Made by a program: the position numbers and the translations under genes. Below are positions 18,524-27,743 of a DNA stretch of 64,000 nucleotides, piece after piece. Each line of letters starts with the position of its first letter. Within the stretch, counting starts at the first letter, position 1. The stretch comes from an uncultured bacterium (GTDB lineage: Bacteria; Patescibacteriota; Patescibacteriia; Magasanikbacterales; GWA2-37-8), in contig CALCZC010000028.1 in the NCBI GenBank assembly GCA_937903605.1, positions 70,680-134,679 on the forward strand. Reading direction: 5' to 3'. A model generated the notes under the pieces. The model saw only the letters and a program-made list of their open reading frames with translations, searched no databases and had not been told where the DNA came from.

Positions 18524-18552
18524 TTGACTCTTGTTTCATTTTATGCTTAAAT
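18524..18552 (+). promoter_or_regulatory. promoter of ankyrin-like gene 2 (TTGACT-N17-TTAAAT), paralogous to 17894-17925
   Basis: ttgactcttgtttcattttatgcttaaat. Shares the block ttttatgcttaaat with the upstream paralog. Confidence 0.5.
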
Positions 18553-18593
18553 TAACTGTTAGTTCTTATAAATAACAAACAGGAGATTTGCCC

Positions 18594-19175
18594 ATGTGGA
18601 AAAAACTTTGGCAATGTCTTTTCCCCGGAAAAAATTCAAAGAGAAAGAAAACTCCATGTACGAAGGAAGAAACAGTGTTAGCAGAATTCATCAAAGTAGG
18701 CGAACTTTTCAAAGCAGAAGAGCTGTTGGTTAAAGGCGCTAGTGCTAATGCGATTTTTTATCACGAACATCTTGGAGTTTGTGATATCTTTTCAAAAACA
18801 GATACTTTCTACGGTCTTTGCTTGTTGCTTCGTTATGATCTGAATATCAATCTCAAAGATCGTGGCGGTGAAACATTGTTTGAAGCCGCTATTGTCAACC
18901 GTGATATCCGGATGTTTGAGAAACTTCTCAAAGATGCGGTAGATCCGAATACTATCACATCTGAGGATGTGGGTTTGGTGTGTTATGCTGCCAGACACAC
19001 GACCTTGAGGGGGGACAAAGTTTTCGTGGAAAAGCTCTTGGAACGCAATATCAAATGGCTCAAAGGAGAATTTCCCGAAATCGACAAGAAGAAAGTTTAT
19101 GAGTTTTCGCTCGACCTTATCAACGGTCGCAAGAAACTCGCCAGCTATCTTGTCGAGCTGGCTCACAAAAAATAA
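18594..19175 (+). CDS. ankyrin-repeat-like protein, tandem paralog of 17961-18476
   Basis: ELLVKGASANAIF, LLKDAVDPNT and similar ANK-like turns. RBS AGGAG 8 nt before the ATG at 18594 (the ORF-track TTG at 18588 is less likely). Terminator at 19176-19210. Confidence 0.6.
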   Translation: MWKKLWQCLFPGKNSKRKKTPCTKEETVLAEFIKVGELFKAEELLVKGASANAIFYHEHLGVCDIFSKTDTFYGLCLLLRYDLNINLKDRGGETLFEAAIVNRDIRMFEKLLKDAVDPNTITSEDVGLVCYAARHTTLRGDKVFVEKLLERNIKWLKGEFPEIDKKKVYEFSLDLINGRKKLASYLVELAHKK

Positions 19176-19828
19176 AGCAGGTCGTTTATCGACCTGCTTC
19201 TTTTTATATTTATAAACACTTCACCCTAGGGCGAAGTGTTTATTTCGGCTAAAATAATGGATTTTTCTTGAATATCCAACATCCTTCTCTCGTACTAGTA
19301 TTATTATTTTTTCTTTTCCACTTTTTGTAACCAAAAACTGGAGGAAAAAGTTTCCTCGCGGTTGAACCAAATACTGCCAGTTGTCTTCTTCGCTGTCTCT
19401 TTTGTTCAAAACTCCCCCGCCCTTGCGCGCAAGGGCGGGGTCAAACAGTTGAACAAATTCCGCTAAGGCGGAAACGCTCCAGCTCATCGCAACTGTTAAT
19501 TATTTGGTTCAAATGCTCGGACCTCCGAACCGTTGGCCAACAATCACAAAGGCGAGCATTTAAAAATACGAACAAATTTTGTTAAGGAGCGAAGCGTTAA
19601 GAAATTCTACTGTTTGAGGAATGTAATGACGAGTTTAGAATTTTAGCGTAGCGAGCTTTACAAAATTGTGAGGATTTTTAACAGTGAGCGATTTTCTTTC
19701 TGTCCACTTTCTTTTCTAAAAAGAAAGTGGACAAATCTGCGATAGCAGAATTAAAGTTTTTAGCAAGAAGGATGTGGAAATAATAAAGAAAACAAAACCC
19801 ACCATCTTCAGGTGAGCTTTTTTATTTT

Positions 19829-19867
19829 ATAAACTTTATGAACTTTATAACTTTATAACTTTATAAA
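19829..19867. repeat. tandem repeat (CTTTATAA-like unit x4) abutting the htpX stop
   Basis: aactttatgaactttataactttataactttataaact. Confidence 0.5.
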
Positions 19868-20761
19868 CTACTTTCCCATCATTCGAAGCCTCTTTATCCT
19901 TTCTTCTACCGGCGGATGAGTGGAAAACATAGCAGAAAGTTTTTTACCGGAAAACGGCGACGCGATGAAAAGGTGGGCAGTAGCTGAAGAGGCTTTTTGC
20001 ATAGGCCTATTTTCTTGGGATATTTTCTCTAGCGCGCTAGCTAATCCTTCAGGATAACGAGTTAGAAGTGAGCCGGAAGCATCAGCGAGATATTCACGTT
20101 GGCGAGAAATCGCTAATTTGATAAGCTCAGCAATAATAGGTGAAAGCACGGCAATGATTATACCGATAATCAAAAAAATCAAAGCAAATTGATTGCCTTC
20201 ACGGCGATTATCTCTAGAGTTTATAAATCCGCCGGAGCGTAAAAAAATATCCGATAACATCACGATAGATCCGACCATAACAGCCACCAGCATCATAAAA
20301 CGAATATCGTAATTTTTGATATGTGAAAGTTCATGAGCCAATACCCCTTCCAATTCTTCATTGGTAAGTTTTTCTAGTGCTCCGCGAGTGACGGCGATAG
20401 AAGCCAATTCCGGTTTTCGACCGGTAGCAAAAGCGTTTATTGTCGGATCTTCTATTATGTAGAGTTTCGGCATGGGCATGCCGTTTCCGATACAAAGATT
20501 TTCCACCAAGTGATAATAATATTTATTGTCATCATGTTCTATCAATTTAGCCCCGGTAGTACTCAACGCCACTTTATCGCCCGCAAAATAAGAAAAAGCG
20601 GTCATACAAAGAGAAAAAATAACGGCAAAACTAACTCCGCTCCAAGCTTGCCCTTGACCATAAGCCAAATCAAAAATATAACCTAAAAAGATAATAAAAG
20701 CGATGAAAAATGTCATCAATATGACGGACTTTCTTTTGTTTGAAGATATTTCGTTGTACAT
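19868..20761 (-). CDS. htpX: zinc metalloprotease HtpX (M48 family)
   Basis: HELSHIKNYD zinc-binding HExxH motif. Multiple TM helices. 297 aa. Confidence 0.85.
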   Translation of the reverse strand: MYNEISSNKRKSVILMTFFIAFIIFLGYIFDLAYGQGQAWSGVSFAVIFSLCMTAFSYFAGDKVALSTTGAKLIEHDDNKYYYHLVENLCIGNGMPMPKLYIIEDPTINAFATGRKPELASIAVTRGALEKLTNEELEGVLAHELSHIKNYDIRFMMLVAVMVGSIVMLSDIFLRSGGFINSRDNRREGNQFALIFLIIGIIIAVLSPIIAELIKLAISRQREYLADASGSLLTRYPEGLASALEKISQENRPMQKASSATAHLFIASPFSGKKLSAMFSTHPPVEERIKRLRMMGK

Positions 20762-20833
20762 AAAAATTAAATCTCAAATCTCAAAATGCAAATCTCAAAA
20801 CTAAAGTATCGCTTCGCGATATCTAATTAAATT

Positions 20834-20888
20834 GTCCCGTAGGGACACCAAAGTTTTGACTTTTGACATTTGAGTTTTGAGTTTGACC
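20834..20888. repeat. R2 repeat (GTCCCGtagGGGAC hairpin plus CACCAAAGTTTTGACTTTTGA...)
   Basis: Inverted homolog at 31214-31268. Preceded by an ATCTCAAA x3 tandem at 20765-20800. Confidence 0.55.
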
Positions 20889-20898
20889 AAGTTATATT

Positions 20899-21465
20899 TT
20901 AAAATTTGACTTGTACATTCTGTCTTTCACCCTCCGCTGCTTGAAAAAATTCATATTTGGTGAATTTCAACATTCCAGCGATAAGATTGGTAGGAAAGAC
21001 TTGAATTTTGGTGTTGAAATCGCGAACATTGCCGTTATAAAATCGGCGAGAAGCTTGGATTTTATTTTCAGTGTCGGAAATTTCATCTTGAAGTTGTAAA
21101 AAATTTTGACTTGCTTTGAGATCAGGATAATTTTCAGATACTGCAAAAATGGTTTTGAGAGTAGAAGACAGGGCATTTTCTGCTTGTTCTTTTTGCGCAA
21201 AAGTAGCGTCTTTTTTGTCATGCGTGGTCATAGCTGCGGTACGAGCTTCGGTTAGTTTGACCAAAGTTTCACGTTCGTGAGTCATATAACCCTTGACGGT
21301 TTCGACCAAATTTGGGATTAAATCATAGCGACGTTTGAGTTGGACATCAATATCGCTATATGCTTCATCCACGCGATTTTTTACGGTAATTAAGCCATTA
21401 TATGTAGCAATCAGCCAAATTATGGCTATTGCCAAAACCCCCAAAACGATGTAAAGTAAAGACAT
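20899..21465 (-). CDS. lemA: LemA family membrane protein
   Basis: N-terminal TM, then the conserved LemA block ...VDEAYSDIDVQLKRRYDLIPNLVETVKGYMTHERETL...RRFYNGNVRDFN. 188 aa. Confidence 0.8.
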   Translation of the reverse strand: MSLLYIVLGVLAIAIIWLIATYNGLITVKNRVDEAYSDIDVQLKRRYDLIPNLVETVKGYMTHERETLVKLTEARTAAMTTHDKKDATFAQKEQAENALSSTLKTIFAVSENYPDLKASQNFLQLQDEISDTENKIQASRRFYNGNVRDFNTKIQVFPTNLIAGMLKFTKYEFFQAAEGERQNVQVKF

Positions 21466-21543
21466 ATACTTTTATTTAACTTTAAGTTAAAATTACTTAA
21501 ATGTTTTTTTATTGTATACAAAATCGGTCTTTCTGGCAAGTAA

Positions 21544-21628
21544 ATTGAATACTGAATATTGTATATTGGATAAAACCAAAAATCCTGACCAATATTCAAT
21601 ATTTAATATTCAATATCCACTATCTATT
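21544..21628. repeat. R3 palindromic element (arms built of AATATTCAATATT / AATATCCAATATT units)
   Basis: attgaatactgaatattgtatattggata...ccaatattcaatatttaatattcaatatcc. Homologous palindrome lies inside the truB ORF at 45841-45915. Confidence 0.5.
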
Positions 21629-21630
21629 TT

Positions 21631-22791
21631 ATGCTCACTCTCGTCATTTTCATCGCCGTCCTCGCCGTACTCGTTCTTTCTCACGAATTTGGACATTTTG
21701 TTTCTGCGCGTAAAAGCGGGATGAAAGTTTATGAATTCGGCTTTGGTTTTCCGCCCCGTGCTTTCGGTTGGTACAAGGATCCAATTACCAAAAAAATCAA
21801 ATTTGTCGGGAAAAAATATGAAGCCAAAGACTGCCCGGCTGATACATTATATAGTGTGAATTGGTTGCCATTGGGTGGGTTTGTCAGTATTCGCGGTGAA
21901 AATGAACAAGATTTGGCCCCGGACAGTTTCCAAACCAAAAGTTTTTGGCCCAAAGCCGTCACCATAGTGGCTGGTGTTGTGATGAATATAGTTTTGGCTG
22001 GAGCCCTATTCTCTATCGGTTATTTTTTTGGTTTACCGCAGATTACCGAAGAGTTGCCAAATAGTGCTAAAGTAGAAAATCGTCGAGTAGAAATTTTACA
22101 AGTTATTGCCGATAAACCGGCGGCTGTTGCTGGATTGCAGGAAGGTGATGCGGTTGTCAAAGTCGGCTCTATAGATTATCCGCGACTCAAAGAAATGCAG
22201 GATTATATCAATAAACATCAAGACGAGGAAGTAGAGATAGTTATAAAAAGAGGAGAAGAGATAGTTGTCAAAAATATTAAACCTTTTATTTACAGTGACA
22301 CCGGTAGAGCCGGTATTGGTGTGGCAATTGCAGAATTGGGTACGGTTTCTTATCCTTGGTATCTGGCTTTTTATTACGGATTTAAAAACGCTTTTCTGAT
22401 GTTTGGCGCTATTGCCATCGCTTTTTATGATTTTATCAAAGGTCTTTTTGTTGGCACCAGCGTGGCCGGCGATATGGCCGGGCCGGTTGGTATTGCGGTA
22501 ATGACCGGTAAAATTGCCAAACTTGGTTTTATTTATTTATTACAATTTACCGCCGTGCTGTCTCTCAATTTAGCTTTCATAAATATTTTGCCGATTCCGG
22601 CACTGGACGGTGGTAGATTATTATTTTTGATTTTAAATAAAATAAATAAAAAATTAGCCCCGGCAAAATTTGAACAAATCGCGCACTCGGTAGGTTTTAT
22701 GTTATTGATGATTTTGATTTTGGCAGTGACGCTAAAAGATTTGACAATGTTCAAAGGTTTTTTTATAAATTTGGTAAATAAAATATTTTAA
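21631..22791 (+). CDS. rseP: RIP metalloprotease RseP (site-2 protease) with PDZ domain
   Basis: HEFGHFVSA HExxH motif in TM1. PDZ region. C-terminal LDGG motif. 386 aa. Confidence 0.85.
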   Translation: MLTLVIFIAVLAVLVLSHEFGHFVSARKSGMKVYEFGFGFPPRAFGWYKDPITKKIKFVGKKYEAKDCPADTLYSVNWLPLGGFVSIRGENEQDLAPDSFQTKSFWPKAVTIVAGVVMNIVLAGALFSIGYFFGLPQITEELPNSAKVENRRVEILQVIADKPAAVAGLQEGDAVVKVGSIDYPRLKEMQDYINKHQDEEVEIVIKRGEEIVVKNIKPFIYSDTGRAGIGVAIAELGTVSYPWYLAFYYGFKNAFLMFGAIAIAFYDFIKGLFVGTSVAGDMAGPVGIAVMTGKIAKLGFIYLLQFTAVLSLNLAFINILPIPALDGGRLLFLILNKINKKLAPAKFEQIAHSVGFMLLMILILAVTLKDLTMFKGFFINLVNKIF

Positions 22792-22796
22792 AATTT

Positions 22797-23828
22797 ATGC
22801 AAGAAAAATTGCAACAATTGAAAAACCAAGCTTTACCCGCGATTGCCAGTAGCAAAAATGAAGCGGAGCTTACGGATTTGGAAAATAAATATTTAGGTCG
22901 CAAAAACGGCGAACTGACCGAATTTATGAAGGGTCTCAAAGACCTAAATCCCGAAGAAAAGAAAAATGCCGGCCAACTACTCAATGAAATCAAAAAAGAA
23001 TTGGAAGAAGCTATAAATAAAAAAAGAGAAGAGCTCAGTAATGCCGGTTTTGCCCAAGCTATTGCTGGAGAAAAAGCGGATTTGAGTCAACCTTATTTAC
23101 CCAAAAAAGAAAGAGGGCATTTGCACCCCAATTCTATCGTGCAAAAAGAATTGGAAGATTTGTTTACCTCTATGGGTTTTATGGTGCTTGACGGACCGGA
23201 ACTAGAAAGTGATTATTACAATTTTGAAGCGATAAATATTCCTGCCACCCATCCGGCCAGAGAAAGTCAGGATACTTTTTATATCAAAAATCATGAAAAC
23301 TGGTTGGTGCGTACTCACACCTCTTCCAATCAAGTTCGTGCTATGGAAAAATATGGCGCGCCTTTGAAAATGATTACTCCAGGTCGTTGTTTTCGTAATG
23401 AAGCCACAGACGCCAGACACGAACATACTTTTTATCAATTGGAAGGTGTGGTGGTGGACAAAGATATTAATTTTGGTCACATGAAAGCGGTTTTGGAAAC
23501 CGTAGCGCAAAAATTATTTGGACCGGAGATCAAAGTTCGTTTGCGTCCGAAATTTTATCCGTTCGTTGAACCTGGGGTAAATGGAGAAGTGACTTGTTTG
23601 CTCTGTGGTGGTAAAGGATGCAATGTTTGTAAACATACCGGTTGGATGGAAATTTTTGGCGCTGGCATGATTCACCCTAACGTATTGCGAGCCGGCGGTC
23701 TTGATCCGCAAATTTATAGTGGTTTTGCTTTTGGTTTTGGTTTAACTCGTTTGGTGATGCTCAAATACGGGATAGATGATGTGAGATTATTACAGAGTGG
23801 AGACCTACGATTTGTGAGACAGTTCTAG
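22797..23828 (+). CDS. pheS: phenylalanine--tRNA ligase alpha subunit
   Basis: Class II aaRS motifs FRNEATDARHEHTFYQLEG and GAGMIHPNVL. 343 aa. Confidence 0.9.
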   Translation: MQEKLQQLKNQALPAIASSKNEAELTDLENKYLGRKNGELTEFMKGLKDLNPEEKKNAGQLLNEIKKELEEAINKKREELSNAGFAQAIAGEKADLSQPYLPKKERGHLHPNSIVQKELEDLFTSMGFMVLDGPELESDYYNFEAINIPATHPARESQDTFYIKNHENWLVRTHTSSNQVRAMEKYGAPLKMITPGRCFRNEATDARHEHTFYQLEGVVVDKDINFGHMKAVLETVAQKLFGPEIKVRLRPKFYPFVEPGVNGEVTCLLCGGKGCNVCKHTGWMEIFGAGMIHPNVLRAGGLDPQIYSGFAFGFGLTRLVMLKYGIDDVRLLQSGDLRFVRQF

Positions 23829-23975
23829 ATGTTGTAAATGTTCTAGGTGTTATAGATGTTGTAAATGTTCTAGATGTTCTAGATGTTATAGATTATCAAT
23901 TACAACAAGCGCTTTAGCGCGATAAAACAAACATAGTGGTAGAACAATTATAACAAGGGCTTTAGCCTGATAAAT
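23822..23975. repeat. R1 repeat block: tandem 12-18-mers (GTTCTAGATGTT / GTAAATGTT) then ACAACAAGCGCTTTAGCGCGATAAAA and TAGAACAATTATAACAAGGGCTTTAGCCTGATAAATT
   Basis: Direct reading. Left flank of the four-helix-bundle gene. Confidence 0.6.
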
Positions 23976-23987
23976 TATTTAATAAAT

Positions 23988-24359
23988 ATGGGAGGGTTAA
24001 ATTTTAGCTATCAAAATCTTGAAGTTACTATTTTAGCAAAAAAATTAATAAAAGAAATTTATTTTTTTACAAAAAACTTTCCAGCATCTGAAATTTACGG
24101 ACTTACAAACCAGTTAAGAAGAGCGGTAATATCAGTAGCTTTAAACATCGCAGAAGGAAGTAGTAAAAAAAGTTTTACAGATTTTAATAGGTATGTAAGA
24201 ATTGCAATAGGTTCTTTGGTAGAAGTCAATTGTGCTTTGGAAATATCTATAGAATTAGGGTATTTAAAAACAGAAGATTATGAAAAGATAAAATTAGATG
24301 TTCAGCCTCTTTATTTCAAATTAGTATCTTTATCAAAATATTTAACAAACAAGATTTAA
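23988..24359 (+). CDS. four-helix-bundle protein (23S rRNA intervening-sequence protein family)
   Basis: LTNQLRRAVISVALNIAEGSSKKSFTDFNRYVRIAIGSLVEVNCALEISIELGYL matches the conserved QLRRAAISIxSNIAEG...AxGSxxExxTxLxIA pattern of this family. 123 aa. Sits between pheS and pheT. Confidence 0.75.
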   Translation: MGGLNFSYQNLEVTILAKKLIKEIYFFTKNFPASEIYGLTNQLRRAVISVALNIAEGSSKKSFTDFNRYVRIAIGSLVEVNCALEISIELGYLKTEDYEKIKLDVQPLYFKLVSLSKYLTNKI

Positions 24360-24360
24360 A

Positions 24361-24415
24361 AATAACAAGCGCTTTAGCGCGATAAATCAATTAGAACAAG
24401 CGAAAAGCGATATAA
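24361..24415. repeat. R1 repeat (AACAAGCGCTTTAGCGCGATAAATCAATTAGAACAAGCGAAAAGCGATATAA), right flank of the four-helix-bundle gene
   Basis: Direct reading. Same core as 14821-14850 and 23903-23926. Confidence 0.6.
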
Positions 24416-24429
24416 CTATCATTAATTTT

Positions 24430-26892
24430 ATGAATATATCATACAACTGGCTGAAAAAACACGTCACTTTGCCTGATTCCATCACTCCTGAAATAGTGGC
24501 GGAAAAATTGAAATTGAGCACAGTAGAAGTGGAAAATATCATCAAACAAGGTGATAACTTGGAAAATATCGTAGTTGGTAAAGTGCTCAAAGCCGACAAA
24601 CATCCCAATGCTGATAAATTGAAACTTTGCCAAGTGGATTTGGGAAAAGAAAAAGTCCAGATTGTTTGTGGTGGCAGTAATGTTACTACTGATATGCTCG
24701 TAGCGGTGGCCAAAGTTGGTGCCAAAGTTTCTTGGCACGGCGAGGGGGAGTTGGTGGAAATCGTACCGACCAAAATCAGAGATATAGATTCCTATGGCAT
24801 GATTTGCGCGGGGAGTGAGATCGGACTGGCCGAAATGTTTCCGCCCAAAGATGAAAAAGAAATTTTGGATTTGACCGCACTGAATTTGAAAGTTGGGGCG
24901 GAGTTAAAAAAAGCGCTTGGACTCGATGATGTGATTTTGGAAATTGACAATAAATCTCTTTCCAATCGTCCCGATCTCTGGGGACACTACGGTATCGCTC
25001 GCGAAGTAGCCGTGCTTTTTCCGCGTGATTTTGGAGTTTACGAAACAAAAGATATAACTCCGGGTAAAGAAATAAAATTGAAAGTTACAGTAGAGGACGA
25101 ACCGCTTTGTCCGCGTTATATGGCGGTGGCGATAAGCGGAGTACAAGTCGGTCCGTCGCCTCTGTGGTTACAAAGAGCACTGTCATCTATCGGTTTGCGC
25201 AGTATCAATAACATCGTGGATATCACCAATTATATAATGTTTGATTTGGGGCAACCCCTTCATGCTTTTGATGCTCAAACTCTACAAACAAAAAACAAAA
25301 ATCAAAAACACATCATTGTTCGCACGGCAAATGACAAAGAAAAATTCAAACTATTGGATGAAAAAGAATTGTCCTTGACGGAAAATGATTTGGTAATTGC
25401 AGATGATGAAAAACCTATCGCGCTTGCCGGGGTAATGGGCGGATTTTATAGCGGGATAAACGACAAAACAACAGAAATTATTTTTGAAGCCGCAACTTTT
25501 GATCCGGTGTGTGTGCGTAAAACCGCGTTGCGCTACGATAGTCGCACAGATTCTTCCGCTCGTTTTGAAAAAAGCTTGGATCCCAATATGGCGGAAATAG
25601 CTTTGAAAAAAGCGGTAGAGATGGCACTGGAGCTTTGTCCGCAGGCTAAAGTGTCTAGCAATGTTGAAGATAAAAAGAATTTTCACTTAGCTACCGGACC
25701 ACTGCAAACAAGTGTGAATGACATTTGTAAAAAACTCGGAGTGCAAATTGAGAAAAAAGAAATTGTCGGCATCTTGCAAAGATTGGGTTTTGAAGTTAAA
25801 GAAAAAGGTAAAGACGGTCTGAGTGTCAAAATTCCGACTTGGCGCGCTACCAAAGATATATCGCTTTCCGAGGATTTGATTGAAGAGGTTGGTAGGATTT
25901 ACGGTTATGACAAGATAGATAGTTTCATGCCGGAATTTGAAATTACTCCGCCGGAAAAAAATATTTTACGCGATTTGGAACATAACTTGCGAAATATCTT
26001 GACCAAAGAACTTGGTTATGATGAAGTTTATAACTATTCTTTTGTCAGCGGTTTGCAAATAGATCGTCTGGGTGAAGGTAAAAATAAATATTTGGAATTA
26101 GATAATCCGCTTTCCAGTGAAAAACCTTATTTACGTCGAGAGTTGTTGCCAAACTTATTGGAAAACATTCAAAAAAATATAGAAAATTTTGATCGCGTGA
26201 ATATTTTTGAAATCGGCAAAACATATTTATCCGAATTTCCCGGTGCCAGAGCCGTGGCCAACGAAGACGATCTATTGCCACGTCAAGATACTTTTTTGAG
26301 TGTTGTAAATTATGAGAAAAAAAGCGATAACGGTTTTATCAAAGCTCGTTTGGCTTTGGAAAAAGTGATGGAAAATTTGCAACTTAGTTTTGTAGTGCGA
26401 GAGATCAAAGAAATCAAAGGTTATATGCATCCGGGCAGAGCCGGGGAGATAGTGGTAGGAGATCAAAAAATAGGTTTTATCTACGAGCTCAATCCGCTCA
26501 TTGCCAAAAAATGGGATTTAAACGACAGAGTTGGAATAGTGGAAATAAATCTCAGTGATTTGCGAGATATTTTGAAAACCAAAAAAGATTTTGTTTATCA
26601 AACATTATCTCAATTTCCGGAACCGACTCGAGACTTGGCTTTTGTGGCGGAGAAAAAAGTTACACATCAAGAAATTTTGGAAGCGTTAAAACACATTTCG
26701 CCGATTTTGAAATCCTTAGAATTGTTTGATGTTTATGAAGGCGAACACGTCAAAGCCGGATTTAAAAGTATGGCGTATCATTTTGTTTTTTCCGACTCTA
26801 CTCGTACTTTGAAGAATGAAGAGGTAGATGATGTGATGGGGGAGATAATAAAAATATTGAAAGATAAGTTTGGGGTGGAAGTGAGAGGGTAA
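24430..26892 (+). CDS. pheT: phenylalanine--tRNA ligase beta subunit
   Basis: N-terminal tRNA-binding (OB) domain VGKVLKADKHPNADKLKLCQVD. B3/4 and B5 domains. C-terminal FDVYEG motif. 820 aa. Confidence 0.9.
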   Translation: MNISYNWLKKHVTLPDSITPEIVAEKLKLSTVEVENIIKQGDNLENIVVGKVLKADKHPNADKLKLCQVDLGKEKVQIVCGGSNVTTDMLVAVAKVGAKVSWHGEGELVEIVPTKIRDIDSYGMICAGSEIGLAEMFPPKDEKEILDLTALNLKVGAELKKALGLDDVILEIDNKSLSNRPDLWGHYGIAREVAVLFPRDFGVYETKDITPGKEIKLKVTVEDEPLCPRYMAVAISGVQVGPSPLWLQRALSSIGLRSINNIVDITNYIMFDLGQPLHAFDAQTLQTKNKNQKHIIVRTANDKEKFKLLDEKELSLTENDLVIADDEKPIALAGVMGGFYSGINDKTTEIIFEAATFDPVCVRKTALRYDSRTDSSARFEKSLDPNMAEIALKKAVEMALELCPQAKVSSNVEDKKNFHLATGPLQTSVNDICKKLGVQIEKKEIVGILQRLGFEVKEKGKDGLSVKIPTWRATKDISLSEDLIEEVGRIYGYDKIDSFMPEFEITPPEKNILRDLEHNLRNILTKELGYDEVYNYSFVSGLQIDRLGEGKNKYLELDNPLSSEKPYLRRELLPNLLENIQKNIENFDRVNIFEIGKTYLSEFPGARAVANEDDLLPRQDTFLSVVNYEKKSDNGFIKARLALEKVMENLQLSFVVREIKEIKGYMHPGRAGEIVVGDQKIGFIYELNPLIAKKWDLNDRVGIVEINLSDLRDILKTKKDFVYQTLSQFPEPTRDLAFVAEKKVTHQEILEALKHISPILKSLELFDVYEGEHVKAGFKSMAYHFVFSDSTRTLKNEEVDDVMGEIIKILKDKFGVEVRG

Positions 26893-27087
26893 AAAAACAA
26901 AGCCCTAAGCTCTAATTTCTAATCTCTAAACAAGTTCAAATATAAAATTTTAAAATTTGATATTTAATATTAAATATTGTTTAGGATTTAGAATTTAGGA
27001 TTTAGTTATTAAGCTTTTTTACAAAATTTTTAAAAAGTGTTATAATATTTACAAGATAATAAATAATTAATTTAACAAGGAGGATCT

Positions 27088-27474
27088 ATGTTAGAAAATT
27101 CAAAAGATATTTTATATATCGTCATTTCGTTTTGTATTATCTGGGTTACGGCGTTTATTTGTTACATGTTTTATTACGCCGCCAGGATTTTGAAAAATGT
27201 AAATACAATTGTAGAAGAATTTCGTCTTCGTCTTCAGAGAATCACAGATACTATAAATTCTATCCAAGACAAAGTGGAGGGGATAGTTAGTTTGCTTGGG
27301 ATGGCCAGAGAAACTACCGGTGGGATGGTAAAAAATTTCATCACCAAAAAGGCTAGAGATTTTATGGATGACAAAGTGGAGGATTTTGGCGATATTGCCA
27401 AAGATGCGGTGGATAAAGCTATGGCTGTAGCGCAAAAGAAAGTGAAGAAAGTAGCGAAGAAAATGAAAAAATAA
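27088..27474 (+). CDS. hypothetical small membrane protein with basic coiled-coil tail
   Basis: TM helix ILYIVISFCIIWVTAFICYMFYY. Lys-rich C-terminus. Followed by terminator AAACCTCGCTATAGCGAGGTTTTTT at 27478-27508. Confidence 0.45.
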   Translation: MLENSKDILYIVISFCIIWVTAFICYMFYYAARILKNVNTIVEEFRLRLQRITDTINSIQDKVEGIVSLLGMARETTGGMVKNFITKKARDFMDDKVEDFGDIAKDAVDKAMAVAQKKVKKVAKKMKK

Positions 27475-27710
27475 ATAAAAAAACCTCGCTATAGCGAGGT
27501 TTTTTAATAGTTGCCAAAAGTTAAATTTTTAGTTATTATGAAGTAGCCAAAGGGAGGGTCTTTTTGGTTTATTTTTTTGTAGTATAACTTGGTTGTCATC
27601 CTGAACCCAAAGGGTGAAGGATCTATAAGTAAGATAAAATTATGAATTAAACGCATTGCTTTTTACAGATTCTTCGTTTCACCCAGAATGACAAAATGGT
27701 TTCGTTATTC

Positions 27711-27738
27711 AAAAATCTAAAATCTAAAATCTAAAATT
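27711..27738. repeat. tandem heptamer AAATCTA x4 immediately upstream of dnaE
   Basis: aaaatctaaaatctaaaatctaaaattg. Confidence 0.5.
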
Positions 27739-27743
27739 GTCTT

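Noticed and set aside
19221-19487. 88-aa minus-strand ORF
   Set aside because: Overlaps the ankyrin-gene terminator and two perfect long hairpins. No RBS. Lies in a GC-rich structured spacer.
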